Positions 47,288 through 58,098 of a stretch of 64,000 nt of DNA are shown in pieces. Source of the DNA: Salinivirgaceae bacterium (lineage in GTDB: Bacteria; Bacteroidota; Bacteroidia; Bacteroidales; SZUA-534); contig JBFXEW010000005.1 in assembly GCA_050179685.1 (NCBI GenBank), forward strand, positions 13,911-77,910, in the 5' to 3' direction. The translations under genes and the position numbers were made by a program. How positions within the stretch are numbered: the stretch's first letter is position 1; each line of letters begins with the position of its first letter. The notes beneath the pieces were generated by a model. It did not search any database, had not been told where the DNA came from, and worked only from the letters and a program-made list of their open reading frames with translations.

Positions 47288-48970
47288 ATGCAATATACGG
47301 GCAGCAATAAACCCATAGTTAAGCTTTTGTTGGAGCAGTGTTTTATTCATGGAATAAAGCATGTGGTAATTGCTCCCGGTTCGCGCAATGCCCCTTTAAT
47401 TATTTCATTTGCCAATCATCGCGGATTTACGTGTTATTCCATCCCCGACGAACGCAGCGCCGGCTTTTATGCCATGGGAATGGCACGCCAGCTAAATGAG
47501 CCGGTGGCCGTGGTCTGTACTTCGGGAACAGCGGTTTTAAATCTGGCTCCGGCCTTAACCGAAGCGTATTATCAGGAAATTCCCGTAATTGCAATAACAG
47601 CCGATCGTCCGCCCGAATGGATTGATCAGGAAGATGGCCAAACCATCCGCCAGGAATTTATCTTTCAGAATCACATTCGCTCTTCCGTTTCCCTGCCATC
47701 GGGACTTCAGGATTGTGATATCATGAATGCCCGGGCCATGCTCGACCAGGCTTTACTAAAAGCGCACGGACATCCTAAAGGTCCTGTTCATATCAACGTA
47801 CCTTTTCACGAACCACTCTACGATACGCAAACACTGCCTTTCGATGTTCAGTTGGGAGTTTTTGAGCCGCAAATAAAATCGAATTATGCAGAAGTTAAAA
47901 ACGAAGTACTGCACCAAGTAAGTTTATTCCAAAAAATACTGATAATAATTGGGGTTAAGCTTCCTAATCAGGAGATGGAGCAACTACTGAACCAACTGGC
48001 CGACGATAATAATTTTGTTGTGCTCGCTCCTGCTTCGGCCAACATACGGGGAACAAACATACTAAATCAAGCCGAGGCCCTGGCTTTATCGTTGAACTCA
48101 GAACAGAATCTGAATTTTAAACCCGATGTACTTATCAGTTTTGGAGGGCCTGTTGTGTCGAAAGCCGCCAAACAATGGCTGCGCAGCGTAAAACCTTTTA
48201 TTCATTTCGATGTCGATGAAAATCCAGAGCAGGTAAATACCTACGAAAGTTTAAGTCTTAAAATTACCGAAAATCCCATACAGGTATTGCGCGATTTATT
48301 GGCAACACCGGCAAAAAATGAAGATTACCAGCAGCTTTGGCAAGAGCTAAACCATAAAGTTATTGACAAACAAACAGAATTCAATACTACTTGTCCCTGG
48401 AGCGATTATTCTATTTACCAAACATTTTTTGATTGGCTAACATTTCCTGTCGATTTGCATCTGGCCAACAGTACTCCGGTGCGCTACGCCGAATTGTTTG
48501 ACAAACACCCCATGATAAACTATTTCGGAAATCGTGGTACCAGTGGCATTGACGGGTCGACCAGCACCGCAGCCGGAGCAGCACTGGCATCGGGCAAAAC
48601 TACCTGGTTACTTACCGGCGATATTGCCTTTGTGTACGACAGCAATGCCTTTTGGAACCGTCACCTGCCCAACAACTTAAAAGTAATTGTAATTAATAAT
48701 CAGGGAGGAAATATTTTCCGCTTAATACCGGGGCCTGATAGTACAGAACAATTGGAATCATTTTTTGAAACCCGCCAAACCACCCAAATTGAAAAGCTTT
48801 GTCAGGCTTTTCAGGTGAACTACCTTTCGGCAAACAACAACGATGAATTAATTCAAGGGCTTGAGCAGCTTAAAAACAACACGGCATGTACCGTGCTCGA
48901 AGTTTTTACCGATGCAGCTACAAGTGCTGAGCAATTCAGAAAGTTGTATCGGGCTTACCGAAATTTATAA
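47288..48970 (+). CDS. menD: 2-succinyl-5-enolpyruvyl-6-hydroxy-3-cyclohexene-1-carboxylate synthase
   Basis: ATG at 47288 (Met-90 of the ORF-track entry) gives ...GIKHVVIAPGSRNAPL..., with TPP-binding GTSGIDGSTSTA...GDIAF...NNQGGNIF. Confidence 0.9.
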   Translation: MQYTGSNKPIVKLLLEQCFIHGIKHVVIAPGSRNAPLIISFANHRGFTCYSIPDERSAGFYAMGMARQLNEPVAVVCTSGTAVLNLAPALTEAYYQEIPVIAITADRPPEWIDQEDGQTIRQEFIFQNHIRSSVSLPSGLQDCDIMNARAMLDQALLKAHGHPKGPVHINVPFHEPLYDTQTLPFDVQLGVFEPQIKSNYAEVKNEVLHQVSLFQKILIIIGVKLPNQEMEQLLNQLADDNNFVVLAPASANIRGTNILNQAEALALSLNSEQNLNFKPDVLISFGGPVVSKAAKQWLRSVKPFIHFDVDENPEQVNTYESLSLKITENPIQVLRDLLATPAKNEDYQQLWQELNHKVIDKQTEFNTTCPWSDYSIYQTFFDWLTFPVDLHLANSTPVRYAELFDKHPMINYFGNRGTSGIDGSTSTAAGAALASGKTTWLLTGDIAFVYDSNAFWNRHLPNNLKVIVINNQGGNIFRLIPGPDSTEQLESFFETRQTTQIEKLCQAFQVNYLSANNNDELIQGLEQLKNNTACTVLEVFTDAATSAEQFRKLYRAYRNL

Positions 48971-49127
48971 CCCGCCCAAAGCAAAGCCCGTCAAGGTAAT
49001 TTATATTTAATGCTTTTGCTCTTATTAATGAACAAAGTACAATTTTGCCGGTTTTAGAGGCAAAAATGAATGGATTGTTTATTTTTACGCCGCAATATAA
49101 ATTATTAAAGAATAAAAAACTCAAGAT

Positions 49128-49946
49128 ATGAAACGCGAATGGACCAGCATAAAGCAATACGAAGATATTAAATTTGAATATTTTGAAGGCATCGCCAAAA
49201 TTACCATAAACCGGCCTGAAGTTCGGAATGCATTCCGTCCGGAAACAACCAAGGAGTTAAGCGATGCGTTTTTAATTTGTCGCGAAGATTCCAATATTGG
49301 TGTAGTTGTTCTTACCGGTGAAGGCGACAAAGCTTTTTGCAGTGGCGGCGACCAGCGCGTAAAAGGACGTGCAGGATACGTGGGTAAAGACGGCGTTCCC
49401 CGCTTAAACATTCTCGATGTTCAAAAACAAATTCGCTCCCTGCCAAAACCAGTGGTTGCTATGGTAAATGGCTATGCCATTGGCGGAGGTCATGTGTTGC
49501 ACGTTATGTGCGATATTTCCATTGCATCTGAGAATGCCATATTCGGACAAACCGGTCCCAGGGTGGGCAGTTTCGACGGAGGTTTTGGTTCGTCGTATTT
49601 AGCCCGTATAGTTGGCCAGAAAAAAGCCCGCGAAATTTGGTTCCTTTGTCGCCAGTATTCTGCTGCCGAAGCTTTGGATATGGGATTGGTAAATAAAGTG
49701 GTTCCATTGGAAAAGCTCGAAGACGAAGTGGTTGAATGGTGCCAAACCATGCTACAACACTCACCCATAGCTTTACGGATGATTAAAGCCGGCTTAAATG
49801 CCGAACTGGACGGACAAGCCGGAATTCAGGAATTATCGGGCAATGCAACCATGTTGTATTACTATACCGACGAAGCCCAGGAAGGAAAACAAGCTTTTCT
49901 GGAAAAGCGCAAACCCGATTTCAGCAAATACACCCGTTTGCCTTAA
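49128..49946 (+). CDS. menB: 1,4-dihydroxy-2-naphthoyl-CoA synthase
   Basis: 272 aa. [21 protein letters not shown] and [15 protein letters not shown] are highly characteristic. Confidence 0.95.
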   Translation: MKREWTSIKQYEDIKFEYFEGIAKITINRPEVRNAFRPETTKELSDAFLICREDSNIGVVVLTGEGDKAFCSGGDQRVKGRAGYVGKDGVPRLNILDVQKQIRSLPKPVVAMVNGYAIGGGHVLHVMCDISIASENAIFGQTGPRVGSFDGGFGSSYLARIVGQKKAREIWFLCRQYSAAEALDMGLVNKVVPLEKLEDEVVEWCQTMLQHSPIALRMIKAGLNAELDGQAGIQELSGNATMLYYYTDEAQEGKQAFLEKRKPDFSKYTRLP

Positions 49947-50044
49947 GAAAAAAGTTTAATGAATTCCCGGTATAGAAATAAAACCGCGAAATAATATTGA
50001 ACACTTTCTGTATCATTTAAAAAAGCTTTGCACCTAATTATATA

Positions 50045-50953
50045 ATGAATAAAACAAAACTTAAAGCATGGATTCATGCCGCCCGTCTGAGAACACTTCC
50101 GCTTTCGGTTGCTGGAATCATCATGGGAAGTTCCATTGCCCTGGCAGAACAGCAGTTTAACGGAACGGTGTTTACCTTGGCTATGCTTACCACGCTTTTA
50201 CTTCAGATTTTATCGAATTTAGCTAACGATTACGGCGACTACACCCATGGCACCGACAATGCAAACCGGGTTGGTCCCCAACGGGCTGTACAAAGCGGAG
50301 TTATTAAACCCCGTGAAATGAAAGTTGCTGTGATTCTTGTTAGCTTATTAACATTGCTGACCGGAACACTTTTAATTGGTGTTGCTTTTAATGAGATGCT
50401 CAGCCTAAGGTTTTTTGTATTTCTTATTCTGGGCGTGGCTTCCATTGCGGCTGCCATAAAATACACCGTAGGTAAAAAGAATTTTGGTTACCTCGGTTTT
50501 GGCGATCTGATGGTATTTATCTTTTTTGGACTAGTTTCTGTACTGGGCTCCTATTTTTTACACACGTTAACTTTTAATGTTTGGGTTTTGTTGCCTGCCA
50601 CTACCATTGGTCTGCTAAGCTCCGGCGTGCTGAACATCAACAATATGCGCGATATAGATAACGATCGCCATTTCAATAAAAAAACAATTCCTGTTAGGTT
50701 AGGATCTGAAAAAAGCAAAATCTATCATTTGGTTTTATTATTTATAAGTGCGCTGTTAATCGAAGTTTTTTTACTTTTCCGGGGAAACAGTCTTGCAGCC
50801 CTCGCTTCAATGGTGCCCTTTGTACTTTTGTTTTTACACGGATTAGCCGTAGCCCGAAACAAAGAACCCCGTTTACTCGATCCCGAATTAAAGAAACTCT
50901 CGCTAAGCACTTTGTTTTTGGCCCTTTGGTGCGGAATCTTCTTAACTTTATAA
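50045..50953 (+). CDS. menA: 1,4-dihydroxy-2-naphthoate polyprenyltransferase
   Basis: 302 aa with a UbiA fold, NDYGDYTHGTD and NNMRDIDND aspartate-rich motifs, and ~8 TM segments. Confidence 0.9.
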   Translation: MNKTKLKAWIHAARLRTLPLSVAGIIMGSSIALAEQQFNGTVFTLAMLTTLLLQILSNLANDYGDYTHGTDNANRVGPQRAVQSGVIKPREMKVAVILVSLLTLLTGTLLIGVAFNEMLSLRFFVFLILGVASIAAAIKYTVGKKNFGYLGFGDLMVFIFFGLVSVLGSYFLHTLTFNVWVLLPATTIGLLSSGVLNINNMRDIDNDRHFNKKTIPVRLGSEKSKIYHLVLLFISALLIEVFLLFRGNSLAALASMVPFVLLFLHGLAVARNKEPRLLDPELKKLSLSTLFLALWCGIFLTL

Positions 50954-50954
50954 G

Positions 50955-53126
50955 ATGCTAAAAGCCAGCATACATCCCTATACTTTCGTATTTAATTTTC
51001 CGGGAGGAACATCAAGGGGTGTGCTGACAGAAAAACCTTCGTGGTTTATAAAACTATGGAACGATACTGAGCCGGAAGTTTATGGTTTAGGCGAAGTGTC
51101 AATAATTCCAGACTTATCGCCTGAGAATCCTTTGGCATTGGCAAAAAAACTTGATGAAGTTGCCTTGCAGCCTGAAATTTATATTCAGAAACATAACTTA
51201 TTAGAAGGATTTCCGGCGCTGCGCTTTGGTTTGGAAACTGCCTGGCTCGATTTACAAAACGGAGGCAATAGAATTCTTTTCCCATCAGATTTTACCCTTG
51301 GAAAACAGGGCATCCGGATAAACGGACTGATTTGGATGGCCGACAAAACACAGATGATGCAACGCATTCAGGAAAAGATGGAACAAGGTTTTACCTGCAT
51401 CAAAATAAAAGTGGGCGCTATTGAATTTAAGCAGGAACTGGAATTACTAAAGTTTATTCGTCAACAATTTGATGCACGCTCACTCGAAATTCGGGTTGAT
51501 GCCAACGGCGCTTTTACTCCTGAAAACGCTATGGATAAGCTGGAACAACTTTCAAAATTTCAATTGCATTCCATCGAACAACCCATAAAACAAGGCCAAT
51601 GGGAAAACATGCATCGGCTCTGTCGGAATTCTCCCATCCCCATTGCTTTGGATGAAGAATTAATTGGTATTGAAGACAAACAACAACGCATTCATTTATT
51701 GGAAAGCATCTTGCCCCAATACATTATCTTAAAACCCTCGTTAATTGGCGGACTTTACGATGCAAAAGAATGGAGCCAATTGGCTAAAGAAAGAAATATT
51801 GCCTGGTGGCTTACTTCGGCATTGGAAGGAAACATTGGACTCAACGCTTTGGCTCAATGGACATTTATTAACGGCTCAGCTATGCCTCAAGGCCTGGGAA
51901 CCGGACAGGTTTATGCAAACAACATAAACGCACCCCTTGAAATACAAGGCGAAAGATTGTGGTACAATCCTGAAAAAAGCTGGCAGAATTTTGAAACCTT
52001 TATAGAAAATTCTAATACGGAACCCAAAGATTCGCTCCCTGCCTGGAAACAAGCAATAAATTGGAGACAACAAAAAATTACGCTCAATTATCAAAACTAT
52101 TTGCTCCATCAAACCGATTGGCAAAAAGTAAAAAACAGCAATCCGAGCGCATGGTGGCAACGCATTGTTGAGTTTTTAGAAAACTGGGCCGATGATTCTC
52201 CAACATTAAAAATCAAAACCTCCGGTTCTACCGGCAAACCAAAAACCATTGACGTTAAAAAAGCGCACCTATGGGTGTCGGCAAAAAAAACCTGTGAGTT
52301 TTTCAAATTGCATGCTAACTCAACAGGGCTTTTATGTCTTTCGGCCGATTATATTGCCGGACAAATGATGCTGGTACGCGCCCTTTTTTCGGGAATGAAC
52401 CTGCTTTGTTTGGAGCCCGCAGGAAATCCGGTTAAAAACCTGGAAACAACCATTGATTTTTGTGCCATGGTACCTCTGCAAGTAAAGCAAAGTCTTGAAA
52501 CCCCGGAAAAATTCAAACTAATAAAACAACTTATTATTGGCGGTGGCCCGGTAAATTCGTTATTAGTTAACCAATTAAAAACATTTCCTGTTAAGGTTTT
52601 CGAGACCTTTGGTATGACAGAAACTTTGTCGCACATTGCCTTAAGGCAGGTTACTCCGCCTACTGAAAAAGCCTTTACATGTCTTTCGGGTATTAGGTTA
52701 TCTGTTTCTGAAAAAAATTGCCTGCAAGTTTCTTATCCTGAAATGGAAATCAACACCATGGAAACCAACGATGTAGTAGAAATTCATTCTGAGAATTCCT
52801 TTACCTGGCTGGGTCGACTCGATTTTGTCATCAATTCGGGAGGGATAAAAATCCATCCAGAAAGTGTCGAAAAATTACTGGAATCCATAGTGCATCATCC
52901 CTTTTGCATCGTTGGCAAACCCGATGAAAAACTAGGTGAAAAAACCGTATTGGTAATAGAAAGTGAGAGATTTGACACCGCTAACTTAATGAAGCAAATG
53001 AAACAAATGCTTCCATTGTACCAATGTCCAAAAGAAATATTTTTTATTGCAAGTTTTCCAAGAAGCGAATCGGGAAAAATTAAACGGGCAGCGTTAAAAA
53101 GCTTACTTAAACAAATTTGTCAATAA
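50955..53126 (+). CDS. menC-menE: fused o-succinylbenzoate synthase (N-terminal ~340 aa) / o-succinylbenzoate-CoA ligase (C-terminal ~360 aa)
   Basis: Single uninterrupted 723-aa ORF. The N-terminal half has enolase-superfamily motifs (KIKVG, IRVDANGAF, IEQP, LDEEL). The C-terminal half has the AMP-binding motif TSGSTGKPK and ETFGMTET. Confidence 0.75.
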   Translation: MLKASIHPYTFVFNFPGGTSRGVLTEKPSWFIKLWNDTEPEVYGLGEVSIIPDLSPENPLALAKKLDEVALQPEIYIQKHNLLEGFPALRFGLETAWLDLQNGGNRILFPSDFTLGKQGIRINGLIWMADKTQMMQRIQEKMEQGFTCIKIKVGAIEFKQELELLKFIRQQFDARSLEIRVDANGAFTPENAMDKLEQLSKFQLHSIEQPIKQGQWENMHRLCRNSPIPIALDEELIGIEDKQQRIHLLESILPQYIILKPSLIGGLYDAKEWSQLAKERNIAWWLTSALEGNIGLNALAQWTFINGSAMPQGLGTGQVYANNINAPLEIQGERLWYNPEKSWQNFETFIENSNTEPKDSLPAWKQAINWRQQKITLNYQNYLLHQTDWQKVKNSNPSAWWQRIVEFLENWADDSPTLKIKTSGSTGKPKTIDVKKAHLWVSAKKTCEFFKLHANSTGLLCLSADYIAGQMMLVRALFSGMNLLCLEPAGNPVKNLETTIDFCAMVPLQVKQSLETPEKFKLIKQLIIGGGPVNSLLVNQLKTFPVKVFETFGMTETLSHIALRQVTPPTEKAFTCLSGIRLSVSEKNCLQVSYPEMEINTMETNDVVEIHSENSFTWLGRLDFVINSGGIKIHPESVEKLLESIVHHPFCIVGKPDEKLGEKTVLVIESERFDTANLMKQMKQMLPLYQCPKEIFFIASFPRSESGKIKRAALKSLLKQICQ

Positions 53127-53188
53127 ACTGCATTCGGCACAATAAACTTGCGTTTTTCCTTTTACCTTTGTCCCCAATTTAAAAAAGC

Positions 53189-54130
53189 ATGAGCATAAAA
53201 AAAACACCCAAACGCCGAATTAAAAAATCGGAACGACCTCCCTTGGTTTTTAAGGTTATTGAACCGGTACTTTTAATGGATTTTCTGCTGCAAAACCTTC
53301 CCGGCAAAAATCGGAACAATATCAAAACCCTGCTAAACGACGGACAAATATTTGTAAACAGCATCCGCGTATCAGTTTACAATCACCCGCTTGCAGCCGG
53401 ACAAACCGTTGAAATGCGCTGGCAAAAGAAAACTCAGACTTCAGGTTTTCAGGGGATTAGAATTATTCACGAAGACAAGCATCTGATAGTTATTGAAAAA
53501 GATGCCGGAGTACTATCCATTGCCACCGACACAAAAAAACAGGCCACGGCCTACAACATGCTCAGCGATTACGTGAAAAAGCAAGGCGGTAACAATAAGA
53601 TTTTTGTCGTTCACCGCCTCGACCGCGATACTTCGGGAATTATGATGTACGCCCGTTCGCAAAAAATGCAGGAAGAACTGCAACGCAACTGGCATCGCGT
53701 GGTTTTGGAACGAACTTATCTGGCGGTTGTTTCCGGGATTCCGGAAAAACCCGAAGGCACCATAAGCTCGTACCTGAAAGAAAACAAAGCCCTGATAATG
53801 TATTCAACCCAGAATGCCGCCGACGGACATTTGGCCATTACCCATTACAAAACGTTAAAGCACAGTCAGTTTTATTCCTTATTAAAAGTTAATCCGGAAA
53901 CCGGACGAAAAAACCAGATTCGCGTACATTGCACCGACATGGGACATCCCATTGTGGGTGATAAAAAATATGGCTCAAAAGCAAATCCCATCAATAGACT
54001 GGGATTGCACGCCTGGGTTTTATCATTTATTCATCCGGTAAGCAAAGAACACCTGCGTTTTGAAAGTCTGGTTCCCAACAAGTTCAGTAAGTTGTTTCCC
54101 GAAAAAGAAAAGTCAGAGACAAAGAAATAA
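53189..54130 (+). CDS. RluA-family pseudouridine synthase with S4-like N-terminal domain
   Basis: 313 aa with catalytic HRLDRDTSG and KNQIRVH. Confidence 0.85.
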   Translation: MSIKKTPKRRIKKSERPPLVFKVIEPVLLMDFLLQNLPGKNRNNIKTLLNDGQIFVNSIRVSVYNHPLAAGQTVEMRWQKKTQTSGFQGIRIIHEDKHLIVIEKDAGVLSIATDTKKQATAYNMLSDYVKKQGGNNKIFVVHRLDRDTSGIMMYARSQKMQEELQRNWHRVVLERTYLAVVSGIPEKPEGTISSYLKENKALIMYSTQNAADGHLAITHYKTLKHSQFYSLLKVNPETGRKNQIRVHCTDMGHPIVGDKKYGSKANPINRLGLHAWVLSFIHPVSKEHLRFESLVPNKFSKLFPEKEKSETKK

Positions 54131-54265
54131 GCCGGAAGCACAGAAATCAGTTTCCTTTTGAAGATTAAATTTATCTTCGAGGCTAATCTTCAAAATGTAA
54201 AAATACGAACGCAAGGTTTCAATTCGAAATTAAAACTGCTATATTCGGGCGTTAAATTGAATTCT

Positions 54266-55477
54266 ATGAAGAAACCGGCGCTCTATTGGCAAATTTTAAT
54301 TGCATTTATTCTCGCTATTTTTTTTGGTTTGCTTTTTAAAAACGCTGTTCCCTATGTGGAATGGATGGGTACCATTTTTATAAAAGCACTAAAGATGATA
54401 ATCATTCCCCTGATACTTAGCTCAATCATCTCGGGAATAACACAGATTGGTGATGCCAAAAACTTAGGACGGCTGGGTTTAAAAACCATGGCTTATTACC
54501 TTACCACCAGTATTTTCGCCCTTTTAACCGGATTAATCTTGGTTAACCTTTTCAAACCTGGCGTGGGTGCCGATTTGGGACTTCAAAAAACTGTTGATGA
54601 AGTGGCTTTGGCTCAACAATCGTTCGGAAGCACCTTAATGAATATAATTCCTGAAAATATTATTGAAGCCATGGTGCAGAACCAAATGCTTTCCATCATA
54701 TTTTTTGCCCTCCTCTTTGGATTCTTTATTACGCGTACTTCGGAAAAAACCAACACCATACTTTCTGACTTTTTCAGTGCCTTTTTCGAAGTAATGATGA
54801 AAATAACCATGTTTATCATTCAGTTTACTCCCCTGGGAATTTTTGGAATTGTTGCCAAAGTAGTTGCTGAACAAGACAACCTGCTGGAATTGTTTTCGAC
54901 CATGGGACAATACATGTTGGTAGTTATTTTAGCTTTGGCTGTACACTCCATGATAATTTTGCCCTTACTTATTAAACTAATCGGGAAATCGAATCCCTGG
55001 CTGCATTTTAAGGCTATGCGCGAAGCTTTAATTACGGCATTCTCCACTTCCTCGTCGAGTGCCACCCTTCCTTTAACCCTCGATGCCGTAGAAAACCGTA
55101 GCGGTGTTTCCAATAAAGTGACCAGTTTTACTCTTCCGCTGGGTGCAACCATTAATATGGATGGAACGGCACTTTATGAATTGGTTGCAGCAATCTTTAT
55201 AGCTCAGGCCTATGGTATTGAACTTTCCCTGGGTCAGCAAATAATTGTAGTATTAACCGGCTTACTGGCTTCAATTGGTGCTGCCGGAATTCCCATGGCC
55301 GGTCTGGTTATGATTTCGGTTGTATTAACCGCAGTTGGATTGCCATTGGAAGGAATCGGATTGATTCTTTCAGTCGACCGGATTCTGGATATGTTCCGAA
55401 CCACAGTTAACGTTTGGAGCGATAGTTGTGGAGCTGTAATTATTGCAAAATCTGAAGGCGAAACCTTAACTATTTAA
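54266..55477 (+). CDS. dicarboxylate/amino acid:cation symporter (DAACS family)
   Basis: ATG at 54266 gives MKKPALYWQILIAF... Family blocks TSSSSATLP, INMDGTALYE and DRILDMFRT. Confidence 0.85.
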   Translation: MKKPALYWQILIAFILAIFFGLLFKNAVPYVEWMGTIFIKALKMIIIPLILSSIISGITQIGDAKNLGRLGLKTMAYYLTTSIFALLTGLILVNLFKPGVGADLGLQKTVDEVALAQQSFGSTLMNIIPENIIEAMVQNQMLSIIFFALLFGFFITRTSEKTNTILSDFFSAFFEVMMKITMFIIQFTPLGIFGIVAKVVAEQDNLLELFSTMGQYMLVVILALAVHSMIILPLLIKLIGKSNPWLHFKAMREALITAFSTSSSSATLPLTLDAVENRSGVSNKVTSFTLPLGATINMDGTALYELVAAIFIAQAYGIELSLGQQIIVVLTGLLASIGAAGIPMAGLVMISVVLTAVGLPLEGIGLILSVDRILDMFRTTVNVWSDSCGAVIIAKSEGETLTI

Positions 55478-55971
55478 GCTAATCCGGCTTATTTTTACTT
55501 TTCGGCTAATTCCCTTCTGTTAGTGTCCAGAGTGGCATTTTGTTATTTGTTCAGGCAAAATAGATGTTTTATAATAGCCTCCATTTTTGAATAAATATAC
55601 ATGCAAAACAACATCAGTCATTCCATTGTATGATATTTGTCATGTTTTTGATGTCAAATATTAAATTTGCGCTGTATTTTGCTTTCTGTTTTTTGAACAA
55701 CCATTTTCTTTACTGTTCAATATAATCCATATTTCTATCTATAAATCTATTTATCAGTGGATTATTTAACTTGCATAATTGTAAGCAATTTAGGTATTGC
55801 AAAAGCCTATCTTTTTAACCATATTTAAATTTGAATGAATATCGTATTGGTTGTGTGAGGGTTAATTTTAATGGCAAAAATACAACTTTTATGCCCCAAT
55901 ACTGTTGACAGGATAAACCTGTATGAGTGCTTTTAAATTATAACGAAAACTACAGTAAAATAAAGAGTTTT

Positions 55972-56736
55972 ATGGATACACTAAAATTGACCTTCGAAGA
56001 AAATATTGCGCTAATAAGCTTCTCTCGGCCTCAGGCGCTAAATGCATTAAATTCGCAGGTTTTTACTGAATTAAACAAAGTGCTCGATGAGCTGGAATCG
56101 AACAAACAGTTGCGGGCAATAATACTTACCGGCGAAGGGAAAGCCTTTGTTGCCGGAGCCGACATTGCCGAAATGAAAGATAAAACACCTGGCGAGGCTC
56201 GTATTTTTTCGCAAATTGGGCACGATACGTTTAACCGGATTGAAAACTTCAGCGTTCCGGTTATAGCAGCTGTTAACGGATTTGCCTTAGGTGGCGGGTT
56301 GGAGCTGGCCATGGCCTGCGATTTTATTATTGCATCTGATAAGGCAAAATTCAGCGCTCCCGAAGTTAATCTGGGATTAATCCCCGGATTTAATGGAACC
56401 CAGCGCCTTCCTCGTGCCGTTGGTATTGGCTTTGCCCGATACATGCTTTATACAGCTCAAATGATTGAAGCCACTGAAGCCTTGCAACGAAACCTGGTAC
56501 AACTAATAACTACCCCCGAAGAATTATTAAACAAAACCCTGGAAGTAGCCACCACCATTGCCAGCAAAGGCCCACATGCCATTGAATCGGCAAAAAGAAC
56601 TGTAAATTACGGTCAGTTTAATGGATACAAAGAAGGAAGCCATTATGAGATGAGGGCTTTTTCTGAAAATTTTAACGAACAGGGAAAAGAAGGCATGAGT
56701 GCTTTCCTTGAAAAAAGAAAACCAAACTGGGACTAA
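55972..56736 (+). CDS. enoyl-CoA hydratase (crotonase)
   Basis: ATG at 55972 with RPQALNALN, FVAGADI and GFALGGGLELAMACD. Confidence 0.8.
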   Translation: MDTLKLTFEENIALISFSRPQALNALNSQVFTELNKVLDELESNKQLRAIILTGEGKAFVAGADIAEMKDKTPGEARIFSQIGHDTFNRIENFSVPVIAAVNGFALGGGLELAMACDFIIASDKAKFSAPEVNLGLIPGFNGTQRLPRAVGIGFARYMLYTAQMIEATEALQRNLVQLITTPEELLNKTLEVATTIASKGPHAIESAKRTVNYGQFNGYKEGSHYEMRAFSENFNEQGKEGMSAFLEKRKPNWD

Positions 56737-56758
56737 ACCAAATAAAGCTAAAACAATT

Positions 56759-58087
56759 ATGACAAACCTTGACAAAATTCAGCATGTAGCAGTATTGGGA
56801 GCTGCCGGAAAAATGGGCAGTGGTATTTTGTACCTAAACACCCTTTATCTGTCGCAATTGGCACTGAAACCTGAAAATTGCAACCGAACCTTTACCATTC
56901 ATGCTATCGACCAATCGCATGAGCGCTTGCAGGCTTTAATGCTTTATATAAAAGGCCTGCTGCAAAAATGGGCCGAAAAAAATATTGTTGCCCTGCGTGC
57001 TATGTTTGCTGAACGAAACGATTTAATTGAAAACAGTGAAATAATACAGGCCTACATTGACACCGCTCTTGCACTGATTGTGCCTTCAACCCGTCTGGAA
57101 TCAGCCTACGATGCCACACTGATTTTTGAAGCAGTTATTGAAAACGTTGAAGTTAAAACCGAACTTTTCAGTAAAATTAAGGCAAACAATCCGCTAAATC
57201 CCTGGTTTTTAACCAACACCAGTTCTATTCCTATCGACGAATTAAACACTAAAGCCAAGCTCGATGGCAATATCATTGGTTGCCATTTTTATAATCCTCC
57301 GGCAGTGCAAAAACTCATCGAAGTTATTGAACTAAATGACGGAAATAAACAATTGTCGGAATATGTATATCAGTTTGGTAAAGAATTGGGCAAGGTAATG
57401 GTACCCGCCAACGACATTGCCGGTTTTATCGGGAATGGTTTCTTTATGCGCGATTTGCTTTTCGGTATCGAAAAACTTAAGCAGTTCAAGGGCAAGTTTA
57501 GTTTTTCCGAATCGGTTCTGTTGGTCGATACCCTGACCCGCGATTTCATGCTTCGGCCCATGGGTATTTTCCAGTTAATGGATTATGTGGGAATCGATGT
57601 GTGTTCCTTTATATTAAAGGTAATGAACAATTATTTGTCGGAAAACCTGCATAGCGAACTTTTGATTAGCTTAATGGAGAAGCATGTAATGGGAGGCCAA
57701 AATGCCGATGGCTCGCAAAAGCCGGGCTTTTTTACTTATCAAAGAGGACGCATTGAAACGGTTTATAATTTCGATAAATCGATGTATGAACCGGTTGAAG
57801 AATTATTACCCAAAGTGCAGGATTTCCTGGGTGAATTGCCCGAAAACCAATCGTGGAGAAGTATTTCGCGCAGTAAAGACAAAGCCGAAGTGCTTTCTGC
57901 TTTCTTCAGCAAAATGGCTCAATGTAAATCAACCGGATGCCAACTGGGCATGGAATACATGCAACAAATGAAACGAATTGGCAAAAACCTGGTTGCACAA
58001 GGGGTAACCAATTCCGACGAACATGTAAATACCGTAATGATTACCGGATTTCATCATTTATACGGACCCATTAATGAATATTGCTAA
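56759..58087 (+). CDS. 3-hydroxyacyl-CoA dehydrogenase family protein (long form)
   Basis: ATG at 56759 with Rossmann VAVLGAAGKMGSGI and the NTSSIPI and HFYNPP blocks. At ~443 aa it is longer than classical Hbd. Confidence 0.7.
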   Translation: MTNLDKIQHVAVLGAAGKMGSGILYLNTLYLSQLALKPENCNRTFTIHAIDQSHERLQALMLYIKGLLQKWAEKNIVALRAMFAERNDLIENSEIIQAYIDTALALIVPSTRLESAYDATLIFEAVIENVEVKTELFSKIKANNPLNPWFLTNTSSIPIDELNTKAKLDGNIIGCHFYNPPAVQKLIEVIELNDGNKQLSEYVYQFGKELGKVMVPANDIAGFIGNGFFMRDLLFGIEKLKQFKGKFSFSESVLLVDTLTRDFMLRPMGIFQLMDYVGIDVCSFILKVMNNYLSENLHSELLISLMEKHVMGGQNADGSQKPGFFTYQRGRIETVYNFDKSMYEPVEELLPKVQDFLGELPENQSWRSISRSKDKAEVLSAFFSKMAQCKSTGCQLGMEYMQQMKRIGKNLVAQGVTNSDEHVNTVMITGFHHLYGPINEYC

Positions 58088-58098
58088 AACGAATAACT

